The notes under the pieces: model-generated | The model's input: only the letters and a program-made list of their open reading frames with translations | Databases searched by the model: none | Told to the model about the DNA's origin: nothing | Assembly (NCBI GenBank): GCA_040754655.1 | Contig: JBFMCE010000031.1 | Span: 1 to 38,890 of the forward strand | DNA length: 38,890 nt | Reading direction: 5' to 3' | Origin: Bdellovibrionota bacterium | GTDB taxonomy: Bacteria > Bdellovibrionota > UBA1018 > UBA923 | Position numbers and translations under genes: made by a program | Part shown: one piece after another, positions 25,415-35,196 of the stretch | Layout: every line of letters begins with the position of its first letter | How positions within the stretch are numbered: the first letter of the stretch is position 1

Positions 25415-27499
25415 GTGAAACCGGTTGGGAACGACATATCAATCCACTCCTTCCTCATCCCCCGCTCAGCGGCAATGCGCTATTTCATCGCAATGCTCAT
25501 GACTTTAGCCACAACTGTCGCCTGTATCGCGCTTTGGCATAGGGCGTCTCAACCGCTGCTGATCCTGCCCTTGTTTACCACGGCATTGATCTCGCTCGCA
25601 GCCGGCATGGGGCCGGCCACCCTATCGACCTTGATCTTCACGGCACTTGCAGTTTATCTCTACCTACCGCCTTACCAAACATTCGGGATCGATCTAAGCT
25701 CCGGCAGGCGCTCAGATGAAATCTTGCAGTTCTTCCTGTTCATCCTGTTGTCTATCGTCTTAATTTTCTTGGGCCATCATTTAAACAAGTTGTACCAGCG
25801 ACTAGGTTCGACGAACCTAGAAATTCAGAGCGCGCGCAGACACTTCAATGATCTCGTCGACTGGCTTGACCATGCGGTCGTCTGGGAATCGAACGCCGAC
25901 CTGTCTTTATATAGCTTTGTAAGCAAAGGCTCAGAAAGAATCATGAAGTATGATCGCTCGCAATGGTTTCGAGAACATTTCTTTTTCATAAATAAAACCT
26001 TCCCGGAGGATCGACCGATACTTCTTCGAACGATCGGGGAAGCAATCGTACAAAGAACGGACAAGTCTTGCGAACACCGCATCGCTCAAGGCGACGGAGA
26101 GCTGGTTTGGTACCGCACCGGGGTGCATATCGACAATGAATCGGGCAGTCCGATCGTCAGGGGCTTGACAGTTGAAATCAATGAAATCAAGGAAGCGCAA
26201 GAGCAGGTCAGGAAACGCGAGGAAGAATTGCGGCTTTCAGAGGAACACCAGCGCTTCCTCAAGGAATCAGGCGCCTATCTCTTTTCATCCCTGGATTTCT
26301 ACGAAACCCTCTATCGCGTCATCCAGCTTGCCGTTCCGCGATTAGCGGACTGGGGCTTCATCGCGCTTTTCAATACCAAGGGCCAGGTCTCACAAACCTC
26401 GACCGCGCATCGAGACATCCGGAAGGGGCCATTAGTCGATGAACTCGCCTCGATCTTGACGAAACAATCGGCGAACCTGGAACATGTGAGTCATCTGCTT
26501 CAAACCAATCGACCCTTGATCCTCAATCAAGTGGGCGATCCGAAGGCGACGCCTCTTTGCACGAGCTCCAGGACGCTTGAAATACTGAAGTCCCTTGGCA
26601 TCCACGCATACCTTTGCCTGCCTTTGGATATCCGTGAAAGCGACCAGGGAATCGTTGTCTTGGTTTCGGCCGACGCCAATCGGAAATACGAGCCCGTTGA
26701 GCTGGCTCGGATCCAAGAGTACGTTCGTCAAGGCGCGATCGCGCTAGAAAACGCGTTGCTTTACCAGAAAGCCCAAAAAGCGGTTGCAACGAGGGAGGAT
26801 CTTTTGGCAGTTGTCTCGCACGACTTGAAGAACCCACTGAGCGCTATTCTGATGAACGCGGCTCTTATCAAGAAGCATTTGACTGATTCCGGTTTGACTT
26901 CGAGTTCGATCCCTAAATTCATCAATAGCATTCAGAGAGCCGGTGAAAGGATGAATGATCTCATCGAAGACCTGTTGAACCTGGCCAAGCTCGAAGCGGG
27001 TCATATGACCGTCCAAAAAGAGCGGGTCAACGCCAAGAAAATCATCGATGACGTATCTGATTTGTTTGAGCCCTTCGCGCATGAAAAATCGATAAGGATA
27101 GAGAAGAAAGTCGACAAAAACAATCCTGAGATCCTCTGCGATTCCAAGCAAATCCACAGGGTGATTTCCAACCTTGTTTCAAATGCGATCAAGTTCACCC
27201 CAGATGGCGGAAGAATCACGATCAGCGCGGAGGTCTCTGATTCGAAAATGCATTTTTCCGTGACGGATACTGGTCAAGGCATTCAACAACAAAACCTTCC
27301 CTTTGTTTTTGATCGGTTTTGGCAAGCAAAGTCGAACTCACAACGCGGAACGGGTCTAGGACTGGCTATCGTGAAGAGCCTCATAAAAGCCCATGACGGA
27401 AACATTTGGGTCGAGAGTGAGGCCGGCCAGGGAACCTCGTTCCATTTCACCCTTCCACTCGCAAAAGAAGCCCTGGCAAAGAGCCAAGAAGTCGCATGA
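25415..27499 (+). CDS. Membrane sensor histidine kinase (DUF4118-like TM + PAS + GAF + HisKA + HATPase)
   Basis: Four TM segments, FVSKGSERIM..W (PAS), LAVPRLADW (GAF), SHDLKNPL, NLVSNAIKFT, DTGQGI, FDRF and GTGLGL. The start may instead be ATG 25475. Confidence 0.95.
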   Translation: MKPVGNDISIHSFLIPRSAAMRYFIAMLMTLATTVACIALWHRASQPLLILPLFTTALISLAAGMGPATLSTLIFTALAVYLYLPPYQTFGIDLSSGRRSDEILQFFLFILLSIVLIFLGHHLNKLYQRLGSTNLEIQSARRHFNDLVDWLDHAVVWESNADLSLYSFVSKGSERIMKYDRSQWFREHFFFINKTFPEDRPILLRTIGEAIVQRTDKSCEHRIAQGDGELVWYRTGVHIDNESGSPIVRGLTVEINEIKEAQEQVRKREEELRLSEEHQRFLKESGAYLFSSLDFYETLYRVIQLAVPRLADWGFIALFNTKGQVSQTSTAHRDIRKGPLVDELASILTKQSANLEHVSHLLQTNRPLILNQVGDPKATPLCTSSRTLEILKSLGIHAYLCLPLDIRESDQGIVVLVSADANRKYEPVELARIQEYVRQGAIALENALLYQKAQKAVATREDLLAVVSHDLKNPLSAILMNAALIKKHLTDSGLTSSSIPKFINSIQRAGERMNDLIEDLLNLAKLEAGHMTVQKERVNAKKIIDDVSDLFEPFAHEKSIRIEKKVDKNNPEILCDSKQIHRVISNLVSNAIKFTPDGGRITISAEVSDSKMHFSVTDTGQGIQQQNLPFVFDRFWQAKSNSQRGTGLGLAIVKSLIKAHDGNIWVESEAGQGTSFHFTLPLAKEALAKSQEVA

Positions 27500-27556
27500 G
27501 CCTGAAAGACAAATAAAGTTGTTATTTCGGCACAGATTAGCCACCATGATCTACGA

Positions 27557-28534
27557 ATGAGAATCTGGCAGTATTGCTCGCTCTCAATGAATGGTTTGGG
27601 AGGAGTTGAAAAACATGTTGAATCAGTGAGCCAAGCGCTTCGAGGCTTAGGCTGTGAGATCGCCATAGGCACGACCTTGCCAGAGTCATGGTTCAACGAT
27701 GCTTCCAAACCTGTCATCGTTCATACTCATGGGGATCTTGTCCCTGCTGCGCGCGTAGCGTTTAAAGTAAGGCATCGTCCCTGGATGAGATGGATACAAG
27801 TGTGCCACGGAACAACAGTCGGACGGGTTCTTGCATGCCGCGAGATCCCTAAGCTTAGCGCGACCCGCGGTACATTGAGAGACTTCTTAGGAACGGCCTA
27901 TTCACACGGCCTTATCGCCGTCAGTCAAACTGCTCTGAATGAGGCGAAGCGTTTCTTTTTTTTTCGCGGCAATTCCACGATCATCCCGAACGCCGCGGAT
28001 GTGAAGGTCTTCGCCCCGTTGCCCGAGGTCACCAAGGAACCTCATCTTGTTTTCGTGGGACGATCTGAAGATGGGGTTAAAAATACAAGGGCTTTGCTCG
28101 AGGCATGCGAAGAGATCTCAAAGACAAACGAGAGGCTCAGGCTTTTCGCCGCGCCGGGAATCCACGCAAAGGGACCGCAGAAAAAGTTCGTGGTCAACCT
28201 AGGGCCTCAAACCAACGTACAATTGGCTGCTTTATTTAAAAATTGCCGGGCGCTGGTCTTGTGCTCTTTCTATGAAGGCGATCCTCTTGTCTTGCATGAA
28301 GCGAAAGCGTCTGGACTGCCGGTAGCCGCAAGCGCATTGCCGCAACTCCGAGAATCTCTCGTCAACTATGAGAACGCTTTTTTCTTTGATCCGCGGAACC
28401 AGGTTGAAATGCGCCAGGTTCTTTCGAAGATAGTAGACCCTGGCTTAGAGCTTCGTCCCGCTCCGCAGCCACGCAGCTGGGAAACCGTGGCCTCAAGGTT
28501 TCTAGACTTCTATCAGGGCTTGTACGTTCAATGA
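27557..28534 (+). CDS. Glycosyltransferase family 4
   Basis: GGVEKH, IVHTH, IAVS, IIPNA.D, FVGR....KN and EGDPLVLHEA.ASGLPV motifs. Confidence 0.9.
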   Translation: MRIWQYCSLSMNGLGGVEKHVESVSQALRGLGCEIAIGTTLPESWFNDASKPVIVHTHGDLVPAARVAFKVRHRPWMRWIQVCHGTTVGRVLACREIPKLSATRGTLRDFLGTAYSHGLIAVSQTALNEAKRFFFFRGNSTIIPNAADVKVFAPLPEVTKEPHLVFVGRSEDGVKNTRALLEACEEISKTNERLRLFAAPGIHAKGPQKKFVVNLGPQTNVQLAALFKNCRALVLCSFYEGDPLVLHEAKASGLPVAASALPQLRESLVNYENAFFFDPRNQVEMRQVLSKIVDPGLELRPAPQPRSWETVASRFLDFYQGLYVQ

Positions 28535-28556
28535 TCGCCTTGAAAGCCCTTGCTCT

Positions 28557-29066
28557 TCAATTTTCAAAATATTTCCTGAGACACAGGGTATAACTCTTCA
28601 CTACCCCGCTGCGCGTGTCTTTTTGGGCCATTACGAGATTGCCTTCGGTGTCAGTGCGAACTTCATTCACTATCCCTGGTTTCGCGTTCGATAGCCCACG
28701 AAGCTCGTTGTCTTTAACCATGTAGTATTTGATGGTGTCGTGCAGCTTGTCTTCAAGAAGACCGCCCATGTAATGCTCAAATTGATATGACTGTGGCCGG
28801 TGGTGGGTATAACCCGAACTCTCGGTGAACAACTCTCGGCAGTTCCAACGGCCGCCCAATTTCAAGTCCCCAAACGCGAGAACGGGACGGGCTTCCTGTG
28901 AAAATTTTCTTTCAAGAAGTTGAACCACGTCGGAACTGGGAACATTATTGGGCGCCGTGGTCGCCCCGGAATCAAGATCCAATCCGATGTATTGCGCAGG
29001 GACATCGGCAAAGCCTAAAGAAAAAGAAATGAGGCCAACCGTCAGTAAAATGCAACGACCAGTCAT
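28557..29066 (-). CDS. Secreted hypothetical protein
   Basis: Signal peptide (..SFSLGFA-D), strong SD GGAGGGG, and two Cys in the mature part. Confidence 0.7.
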   Translation of the reverse strand: MTGRCILLTVGLISFSLGFADVPAQYIGLDLDSGATTAPNNVPSSDVVQLLERKFSQEARPVLAFGDLKLGGRWNCRELFTESSGYTHHRPQSYQFEHYMGGLLEDKLHDTIKYYMVKDNELRGLSNAKPGIVNEVRTDTEGNLVMAQKDTRSGVVKSYTLCLRKYFEN

Positions 29067-29153
29067 AACCCCTCCACTTCTTCATGACCTATCGCCAAAC
29101 CTTCTTATCGTCAAACGGAGTCTATTTAGTGAAACATTTACCCTATAAAAAAT

Positions 29154-30293
29154 TCATTGCTCCAGGGCTCCGCCCGCGAGAAGGCGAAGTCTTTTCCCTC
29201 TCCACTCCACCGTATTCCCAGACGCGACGTGCACCCAGAGAGGAAAAGCAAGCAACTCTCTAAGCAGCCAAATGAACAGAGTAGTCGCTTCGACGCCGGG
29301 ATTCATTCGCCGCATCACCATCAAATCACAGAGAAACCAAACGCACATGTGCAGAGCAAAAAAACCCGTGCCAGGCATGCCAAAGGCATTTGCGGCGGCC
29401 ATGGCACCGATAAGCCCTGAAAGGATCGAATTCGACAGTGGCTCCAACAAAAAAGCCAGGGGAGCTTGAGCTTTTCGAATCCTTCCCCAACGAATGTGGC
29501 GCGACCAAAACGTCGAGAAACCAAATTCTCCAAGTGGCTGAATGATGGGATCCGTCATCAACGCAACACGAAGCCCCAGGTGCTGCATCGCTTCCCCCGC
29601 CATATAATCTTCCGCGAGGTACTTTCCCAATGCTTTGATGCCGCCAAATCGATCGGAGGTGGATCTCCGGAAGAGCATCACTTTGCCGACGACACACGGG
29701 TTTCCGAAAGCCGCGGCAAGCTGCATTCCCCGTGCATAGAAAGTATTGAGATAAACCGCTTCAAGGTTCGCGCCGAGTCCTTTAGGCGCCCTGCCGGCCA
29801 CCACCGCGGTGATGATGCCAACTCCGTTTTCGAGATGAGCCACGAGGCGCTTGAGAAAGTCATTCTTCACGACGGTGTTGCTATCGCTGATGAGCAGGAG
29901 ATCGTACTTTGCGTGCTCGTAACTCAAGACGAGGTTATTTACCTTGGGATTGGGCCCGACGAGAACCTGCCCCACGATGAGACGTGCATCTATTTTAGGG
30001 TATCTCTCGATGAGTTCTTCCACGACTGAACGCGCGGGATCAGAATAATTCGCCACCGAAAAAATCAGCTCATACTCGGGGTAATCAAGTTTAAAGAAGG
30101 TTTCGAGGTTTTTCCTGAGATCGTGATCGGCACCCTTAAGGGGTTTTAAAACGGATACGGGATAAAGCCCAAACGGCGCGTCAAGCCTCGGAGGCCGCGA
30201 CTCAAAGTGCTTCTTGCACAACCAGCTGCCGTACAGGACCAGGCTCAGCGCCAGTGCCCAGATCGCAAGCGGCATCAAGGCTTCGAAGATCAT
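29154..30293 (-). CDS. GT21/GT2 ceramide glucosyltransferase-like (HpnI-related) glycosyltransferase
   Basis: N-terminal TM, LKPLKG, NPKVNNL, SDSN, LAEDY and RHIRW (R/QxxRW), C-terminal TMs and WRG. Confidence 0.88.
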   Translation of the reverse strand: MIFEALMPLAIWALALSLVLYGSWLCKKHFESRPPRLDAPFGLYPVSVLKPLKGADHDLRKNLETFFKLDYPEYELIFSVANYSDPARSVVEELIERYPKIDARLIVGQVLVGPNPKVNNLVLSYEHAKYDLLLISDSNTVVKNDFLKRLVAHLENGVGIITAVVAGRAPKGLGANLEAVYLNTFYARGMQLAAAFGNPCVVGKVMLFRRSTSDRFGGIKALGKYLAEDYMAGEAMQHLGLRVALMTDPIIQPLGEFGFSTFWSRHIRWGRIRKAQAPLAFLLEPLSNSILSGLIGAMAAANAFGMPGTGFFALHMCVWFLCDLMVMRRMNPGVEATTLFIWLLRELLAFPLWVHVASGNTVEWRGKRLRLLAGGALEQ

Positions 30294-30987
30294 AAAAACC
30301 CACCTCGTGATAATACTTAAAATTCACTCTTTGCTTCCGTATCGCGTCGAGAATCGCCTCAGGGTGCCTTTCGCAATCAAGTTGGGTCTTCCAAGAACTC
30401 AGCTGATTTCTGCGATGAAGGTCGCTGTTTGCAATCAATGGGAGGCCGCTTTTCAAGACTTCATCAAAGAGGATTTGCCCGCTTGCGACTTCCCATGCGT
30501 CGAATTCGCCAGCCAGCTCTTGGCGCCTGCCCCAAAGATGATAGGTTTGTTTTTCAACTTTTCCAGTCGCTACCGGATGTGCTGCGATCGCGATCCCGCC
30601 GTGTCCCTTGATCGCTCGAATCAGGTGAACGGCATCCGCTTCGGCGTGAATGAAATCGGTCACGCCAATTCCAATGATATGAGCCGAGCGATGGTTCGAG
30701 ACCGAGTTTTTTGTCAGTTCAAATCCTGGAAGAACGACCATCCCGTATTGCTTCCAGGCCCGTTCCGCTTCTGACTTCAAGATTTCAAGGTAAAGCGGGA
30801 AATTCGCGGCGGTCAGCGTTCTATTGAGGTACAGCGCCGCTTTTCCTATGACGGTTTTCGCTTCACAAAGATGATCAGTGATCGCAATCGCGCCAAAACC
30901 CCGGGCGCCATAAAGATCGACAAGCTCTGGTATGGTGAGTTTTCCGTCGCTAAAGGTCGAATGCATGTGAAAGTCCGCCAACCACAT
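30202..30987 (-). CDS. PHP-domain metal-dependent phosphoesterase
   Basis: DFHMHSTFSDG, AITDH, GFE, AAHP and NSDLH motifs. The 3' end overlaps the next gene by 92 nt. Confidence 0.9.
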   Translation of the reverse strand: MWLADFHMHSTFSDGKLTIPELVDLYGARGFGAIAITDHLCEAKTVIGKAALYLNRTLTAANFPLYLEILKSEAERAWKQYGMVVLPGFELTKNSVSNHRSAHIIGIGVTDFIHAEADAVHLIRAIKGHGGIAIAAHPVATGKVEKQTYHLWGRRQELAGEFDAWEVASGQILFDEVLKSGLPLIANSDLHRRNQLSSWKTQLDCERHPEAILDAIRKQRVNFKYYHEVGFYDLRSLDAACDLGTGAEPGPVRQLVVQEAL

Positions 30988-31055
30988 GCTTCTATTATCG
31001 CCAAAATTAAGGGGATCTTGCGTCAGGATTCGGTCAGCAATACTTTCTGTTTACG

Positions 31056-31544
31056 TTAGACCTTGAGCGAAAGCACCCGTTTCTTTTGCTCATCCTTGTA
31101 TCTTGCGACCTTGTCCAGGGTTTGAGTGTCTGAAACACCGAGCACTTGCGCCGCCAGAACGCCTGCGTTCCAGCCGTTTCCGATCGCCACAGTCGCCACT
31201 GGCACGCCTTTCGGCATCTGAACGATCGAAAGCAATGCATCCTGACCTTGAAGCGCGCCGATGGGAACCGGAACCCCGATGACCGGCAGTTCGGTGTGGG
31301 CCGCCACCATGCCAGGCAAGTGAGCCGCGCCACCGGCCCCGGCGATGATCACCCTAATGCCTTTTTTCCTGGCTGACTTCGCGAACTTGGCGACTTGATC
31401 CGGCGTGCGGTGGGCGGAAAGCACCGACATTTTATAAGCGATGCCAAACTTCTTCAGGGCCTCAGCGGCGTGGCTCATCACGCTCAAGTCGGAGTCGCTT
31501 CCCATCACAATCGCTACCAATGTTGAGTTTTTTTTCGGCGGCAT
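31056..31544 (-). CDS. purE: N5-CAIR mutase
   Basis: MGSDSD, SAHRTP, AGAGGAAHLPG and SIVQMPKGVPVATV motifs. Confidence 0.98.
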   Translation of the reverse strand: MPPKKNSTLVAIVMGSDSDLSVMSHAAEALKKFGIAYKMSVLSAHRTPDQVAKFAKSARKKGIRVIIAGAGGAAHLPGMVAAHTELPVIGVPVPIGALQGQDALLSIVQMPKGVPVATVAIGNGWNAGVLAAQVLGVSDTQTLDKVARYKDEQKKRVLSLKV

Positions 31545-31553
31545 TTCATATCC

Positions 31554-32765
31554 CTACGCGGTTTCGTTTAACTTTGAGTGCCAAAGCTCGACCAGCTTCT
31601 CTATATGACCACACAACTCTTCTAATTTTTGCCTATCTTTAGCAACTGCATTCAAATGACCAAGTTTCCGTCCCGGTCGCATCTCCGATTTTCCGTACCA
31701 ATGAAGCTTCACGCCCGCAGGCAGAGAAAGGTCAAATTGAGGATTGGCGGTCTTGGCTGCGCCTCGAGGGCCCAATAAATTGTACATCGCGAATACGCCC
31801 TTGACCTCGGGCTCTACGAGAGGCAAACGAGCCGCTGCTCTCAAGTGATTCTCAAACTGACTCACATGACAGGCCTCTTGCGTGTAATGGGCCGAGTTAT
31901 GCACTCGCGGGGCGATTTCGTTGACTAAAAGCTCGCCTGCCTCGCTCTGAAAGAACTCAATCGCGAAACAACCGACCAAATCCAGATGGTCTGCAATCTT
32001 TGAAACCACTTCACGAGCCAGATTCTCTAATTTGGGATCGACTCCAAGAGCGACGGCCGGCCCCATGACTTTATAGCAAATGCCATCTTTCTGTTCAGAG
32101 ATTACCAAAGGATAGTAGATGATCTTTTTTTCTGAAGACACGCAGCCAACCATCGCCAATTCACGCATGTATTTGATTTTCTTTTCAGCAAAAACGCTCA
32201 CCTTGCGGTTTAGCGCGTTCTGGCAAAACCCTAGGATCTGGTCGATCTGCCTTGAAAGAGACTGCACGATGAAGACGCCCTTTCCGTCATAACCGTATCT
32301 CGCCCACTTCAAGACGAATCCCCCGGGGAAACGCCTGTCGATGAAACCCAACCAATCTCGCAGATCGTGGGTCATCGGGTATTCTTCGAACTCAGCCGTC
32401 ATTATATTCAAATTCCGCAGGATCCTTTTTTGATTCGCTTTATCCTGAAGTCTTTCTATCGCTTCAAGCGAGGGCACGAAATGGATTTTTCCCTTCGAAC
32501 TCGCTTTGACCAATGACTTGCAATCGACGAATTCATTTTCAAAAACAACGATTGGCGACCTCTTGCACAACTCTGAAAGGTTTTTCTCATCGGCGCTAGA
32601 ACCCACGATGAGTTCATCTGCACATCTCGCGGCTGGCGACCTGGGATCTTCGGCAAGCACTAGAGTATGAATGCCTAGACCAGGCGCCGCTTCGCAGAGC
32701 ATCTGCGAGAGCTGCCCACCGCCTAAGACTCCAATTTTGGTGTTTTTCTTCACGAAGGCACTCAA
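31554..32765 (-). CDS. purK: N5-CAIR synthase (ATP-grasp)
   Basis: GVLGGGQL, FENE, GYDGKG, NEIAPRVHNS, SQFENHLRA, HWYGK and RKLGH motifs; TTG start. Confidence 0.95.
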   Translation of the reverse strand: MSAFVKKNTKIGVLGGGQLSQMLCEAAPGLGIHTLVLAEDPRSPAARCADELIVGSSADEKNLSELCKRSPIVVFENEFVDCKSLVKASSKGKIHFVPSLEAIERLQDKANQKRILRNLNIMTAEFEEYPMTHDLRDWLGFIDRRFPGGFVLKWARYGYDGKGVFIVQSLSRQIDQILGFCQNALNRKVSVFAEKKIKYMRELAMVGCVSSEKKIIYYPLVISEQKDGICYKVMGPAVALGVDPKLENLAREVVSKIADHLDLVGCFAIEFFQSEAGELLVNEIAPRVHNSAHYTQEACHVSQFENHLRAAARLPLVEPEVKGVFAMYNLLGPRGAAKTANPQFDLSLPAGVKLHWYGKSEMRPGRKLGHLNAVAKDRQKLEELCGHIEKLVELWHSKLNETA

Positions 32766-32800
32766 CCACGAACGATCGCAATTTCTTTGTCGTTTAGAGG

Positions 32801-33664
32801 CTAATGGCCGTACGAACCAATCCCCATCGTTCGTTTGGTTTCTTCAAGGTTGGCGGCACGAAATCCATAGCGTTCGACAAGTCTTACCGCATGTTCAACC
32901 AGTTCGCCATTGCTTCGGGCCATCGTCTTGCCATCAGGCAAATAAAAGTTGTCTTCAAGGCCTACCCTGATATTTCCGCCAAGCTTCAACGCTTCTTCGC
33001 AAAGCCACCACTGGTCGCGCGAAATGCCGATTACCTGCCATGTGGACTGAGCCGGCAGGATTTCGCTCATGAACTTCAAGTGTTTTGGCGTAGCTGCGAT
33101 CCCGCCCGTGACCCCCATGATCAAACTAAAGTGAAACGGGGGTTTAAGAAGGCCCATATCGATCAGAGGATCGGCATTCGCGATGTGACCCGCGTCGAAA
33201 CACTCCATTTCAGGCATGACGCCAGCTTTTTGCATCCGGGTGAGTGCCTTGATGATGTCTTTAAAGGGATTCGCGAAAATCTCATCAAAATAGAATTTCT
33301 TGTTCTTGGGGCTATAGACCGCGTAGTTCATGCTTCCCATATTGAGCGCCGCGATTTCAGGAGTCGCGTGTTCGATCTGTTCCGTGCGCTCTTCAATGGT
33401 CTGCCCAATGCCGCCAGTTGAGAAGTTGATCAATACTGGGGAGCGTTTTCGCACTTCTTCGCGAATCGCTTGGAAGAGAGACAACCGCCAAGAGGGTTTA
33501 CCATCGTCTTCGCGAGCGTGGATGTGCACGATAGTCGCCCCCGCCTCGTATGCGCGCGCGGCTTCTTCAGCGATTTCTACTGGCGTGTAAGGAAGATGCG
33601 GGCACTGCCTTCGGTCGGCCGCCGCGCCTGTCAACGCGCAACTGATAACAATGGGTTTACTCAT
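32801..33664 (-). CDS. Beta-keto acid cleavage enzyme (BKACE/DUF849, Kce family)
   Basis: CALTG, P.TP.EIAE.A, IVHIHAR, LNMGSMN and RVGLEDN motifs. Confidence 0.93.
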   Translation of the reverse strand: MSKPIVISCALTGAAADRRQCPHLPYTPVEIAEEAARAYEAGATIVHIHAREDDGKPSWRLSLFQAIREEVRKRSPVLINFSTGGIGQTIEERTEQIEHATPEIAALNMGSMNYAVYSPKNKKFYFDEIFANPFKDIIKALTRMQKAGVMPEMECFDAGHIANADPLIDMGLLKPPFHFSLIMGVTGGIAATPKHLKFMSEILPAQSTWQVIGISRDQWWLCEEALKLGGNIRVGLEDNFYLPDGKTMARSNGELVEHAVRLVERYGFRAANLEETKRTMGIGSYGH

Positions 33665-35196
33665 ACCGGAATAACCCCGTGTTTTCGACGCGCTCTTGGC
33701 GGTCTTTTATTGAAGGTGAATTGAAGCGCCCGGTAAAGCACAGAGCGCGTTTCCCTCGGGTCGATGAGATCGTCGATGTGGCCAAGGCGGGCAGAGATGA
33801 ACCCCCCGATATTCGACTTGAATTCAGCGACCTTCGCCGCTTTGGCCGATTTGTCCTCATTATTTTTCATCACGATATTGGCCGCGCCCTCAGCTCCCAT
33901 TAACGAAATCTCAGCGGTGGGCCAGCCTACGATGAGGTCTGGCTTGAGCCCTTTTCCGCACATCACGTAGTAGCCCGCGCCATAACTTTTTCTCACGACC
34001 ACGCTGAACTTAGGAACCGTGAGATTCGCCACGACATGCAACATCTTAGCGCCGTGCCGGATGATTCCCATTTTTTCAACACGCGAGCCGACTAAGAACC
34101 CAGGGCAATCGTGAAGAAAGAGAATGGGAACTTGAAATGCGTCACAGGTCAGCATGAACCTGGCTGCCTTATCTGAAGCATCAACGTCAATCGCGCCCCC
34201 CATGAAGGTGGGTTGATTCGCCACGATTCCGACAGGATGCCCCATGATGCGGGCAAAACCCACGATCATGTTCTTCGCGAAATCCGGTTTGATCTCAAAA
34301 AAATCGCCGTGATCCGCGATGAGCCGCACTATCTTCTTCATGTCGTAGGCTTTTCGGTTGTCATCAGGAAGGATTTTCAAGATTTCATCAGAGATGATCT
34401 GCTGAAGGCCCCGCACGTCTCTCTTGATCGGAGGTTTTACTTTGCAGTGCGAGGGAAGAAAACCCAGGTACTTTCGCACGGCTTCGATGCAACTTCGATC
34501 GTCGTCGAATTCGCCATCCCCGCACCCGCTGATCTGACAGTGAACTTTTGATCCGCCCAAATCTTCTGTGCTGATTTCTTCGCCGATGGCTGCTTTCACA
34601 AGCGGAGGACCCGCTAGCGCCATGCTCCCTACTCCTTTGACCATCGGAGTGTAATCAGCCAAAGCCGCGATGTATGAAGTCCCGGCCGCCGTCGGACCCA
34701 TGACCGCAGCCACCTGAGGAACCACGCCCGAAAGCTCGACTTGCTCATAAAACAGGCTTCCAGTGGCGGCAAAGTGGGCGCCGGCGACTTCTTGAATTCG
34801 AGCGCCCGCCGAATCTAACAGCCAAACCATGGGAATGCGCTCTTCCAAAGCCAGTTTGCGGACTCTCTCTACTTTTCTCTCTCCTACCTCACCCATCGAG
34901 CCAGCCACTACCGTGAAGTCATAAGCAGCAACGGCGACAGGCCTGCCTTCCACGAGGCAAGTCCCCGTAACCACCCCATCACAAGGCGTGGTTACATTCG
35001 CAAGATCGAGATTCGAGGGCGTGTGATCAGCGAGAAGGCCAAATTCCAAGAACGAACCCTTGTCTGCGAGGAGATCGATCCTTTCGCGAACCGTGAGTTT
35101 GCCTTGGGCGTGTTGCTTGGCGATGGCTGTTTCACCACCCATTTTGCGGTTACGAGCTTTTTCTTCCGAAAGACGATGCAGTGATTCAATGATCAT
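33661..35196 (-). CDS. Acyl-CoA carboxylase carboxyltransferase (beta) subunit
   Basis: GKLTVRERI, DGVVTG, DFTV.AGS, DSAGARIQ, IVANQP, DCPGF and RKSYGAG motifs. Confidence 0.95.
   Translation of the reverse strand: MIIESLHRLSEEKARNRKMGGETAIAKQHAQGKLTVRERIDLLADKGSFLEFGLLADHTPSNLDLANVTTPCDGVVTGTCLVEGRPVAVAAYDFTVVAGSMGEVGERKVERVRKLALEERIPMVWLLDSAGARIQEVAGAHFAATGSLFYEQVELSGVVPQVAAVMGPTAAGTSYIAALADYTPMVKGVGSMALAGPPLVKAAIGEEISTEDLGGSKVHCQISGCGDGEFDDDRSCIEAVRKYLGFLPSHCKVKPPIKRDVRGLQQIISDEILKILPDDNRKAYDMKKIVRLIADHGDFFEIKPDFAKNMIVGFARIMGHPVGIVANQPTFMGGAIDVDASDKAARFMLTCDAFQVPILFLHDCPGFLVGSRVEKMGIIRHGAKMLHVVANLTVPKFSVVVRKSYGAGYYVMCGKGLKPDLIVGWPTAEISLMGAEGAANIVMKNNEDKSAKAAKVAEFKSNIGGFISARLGHIDDLIDPRETRSVLYRALQFTFNKRPPRARRKHGVIPV

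Noticed and set aside
31056..35196. PurK acting as the missing biotin carboxylase for the adjacent carboxyltransferase
   Set aside because: It has canonical PurK motifs and sits beside purE; no biotin carrier is present, and the purK-purE order is common.
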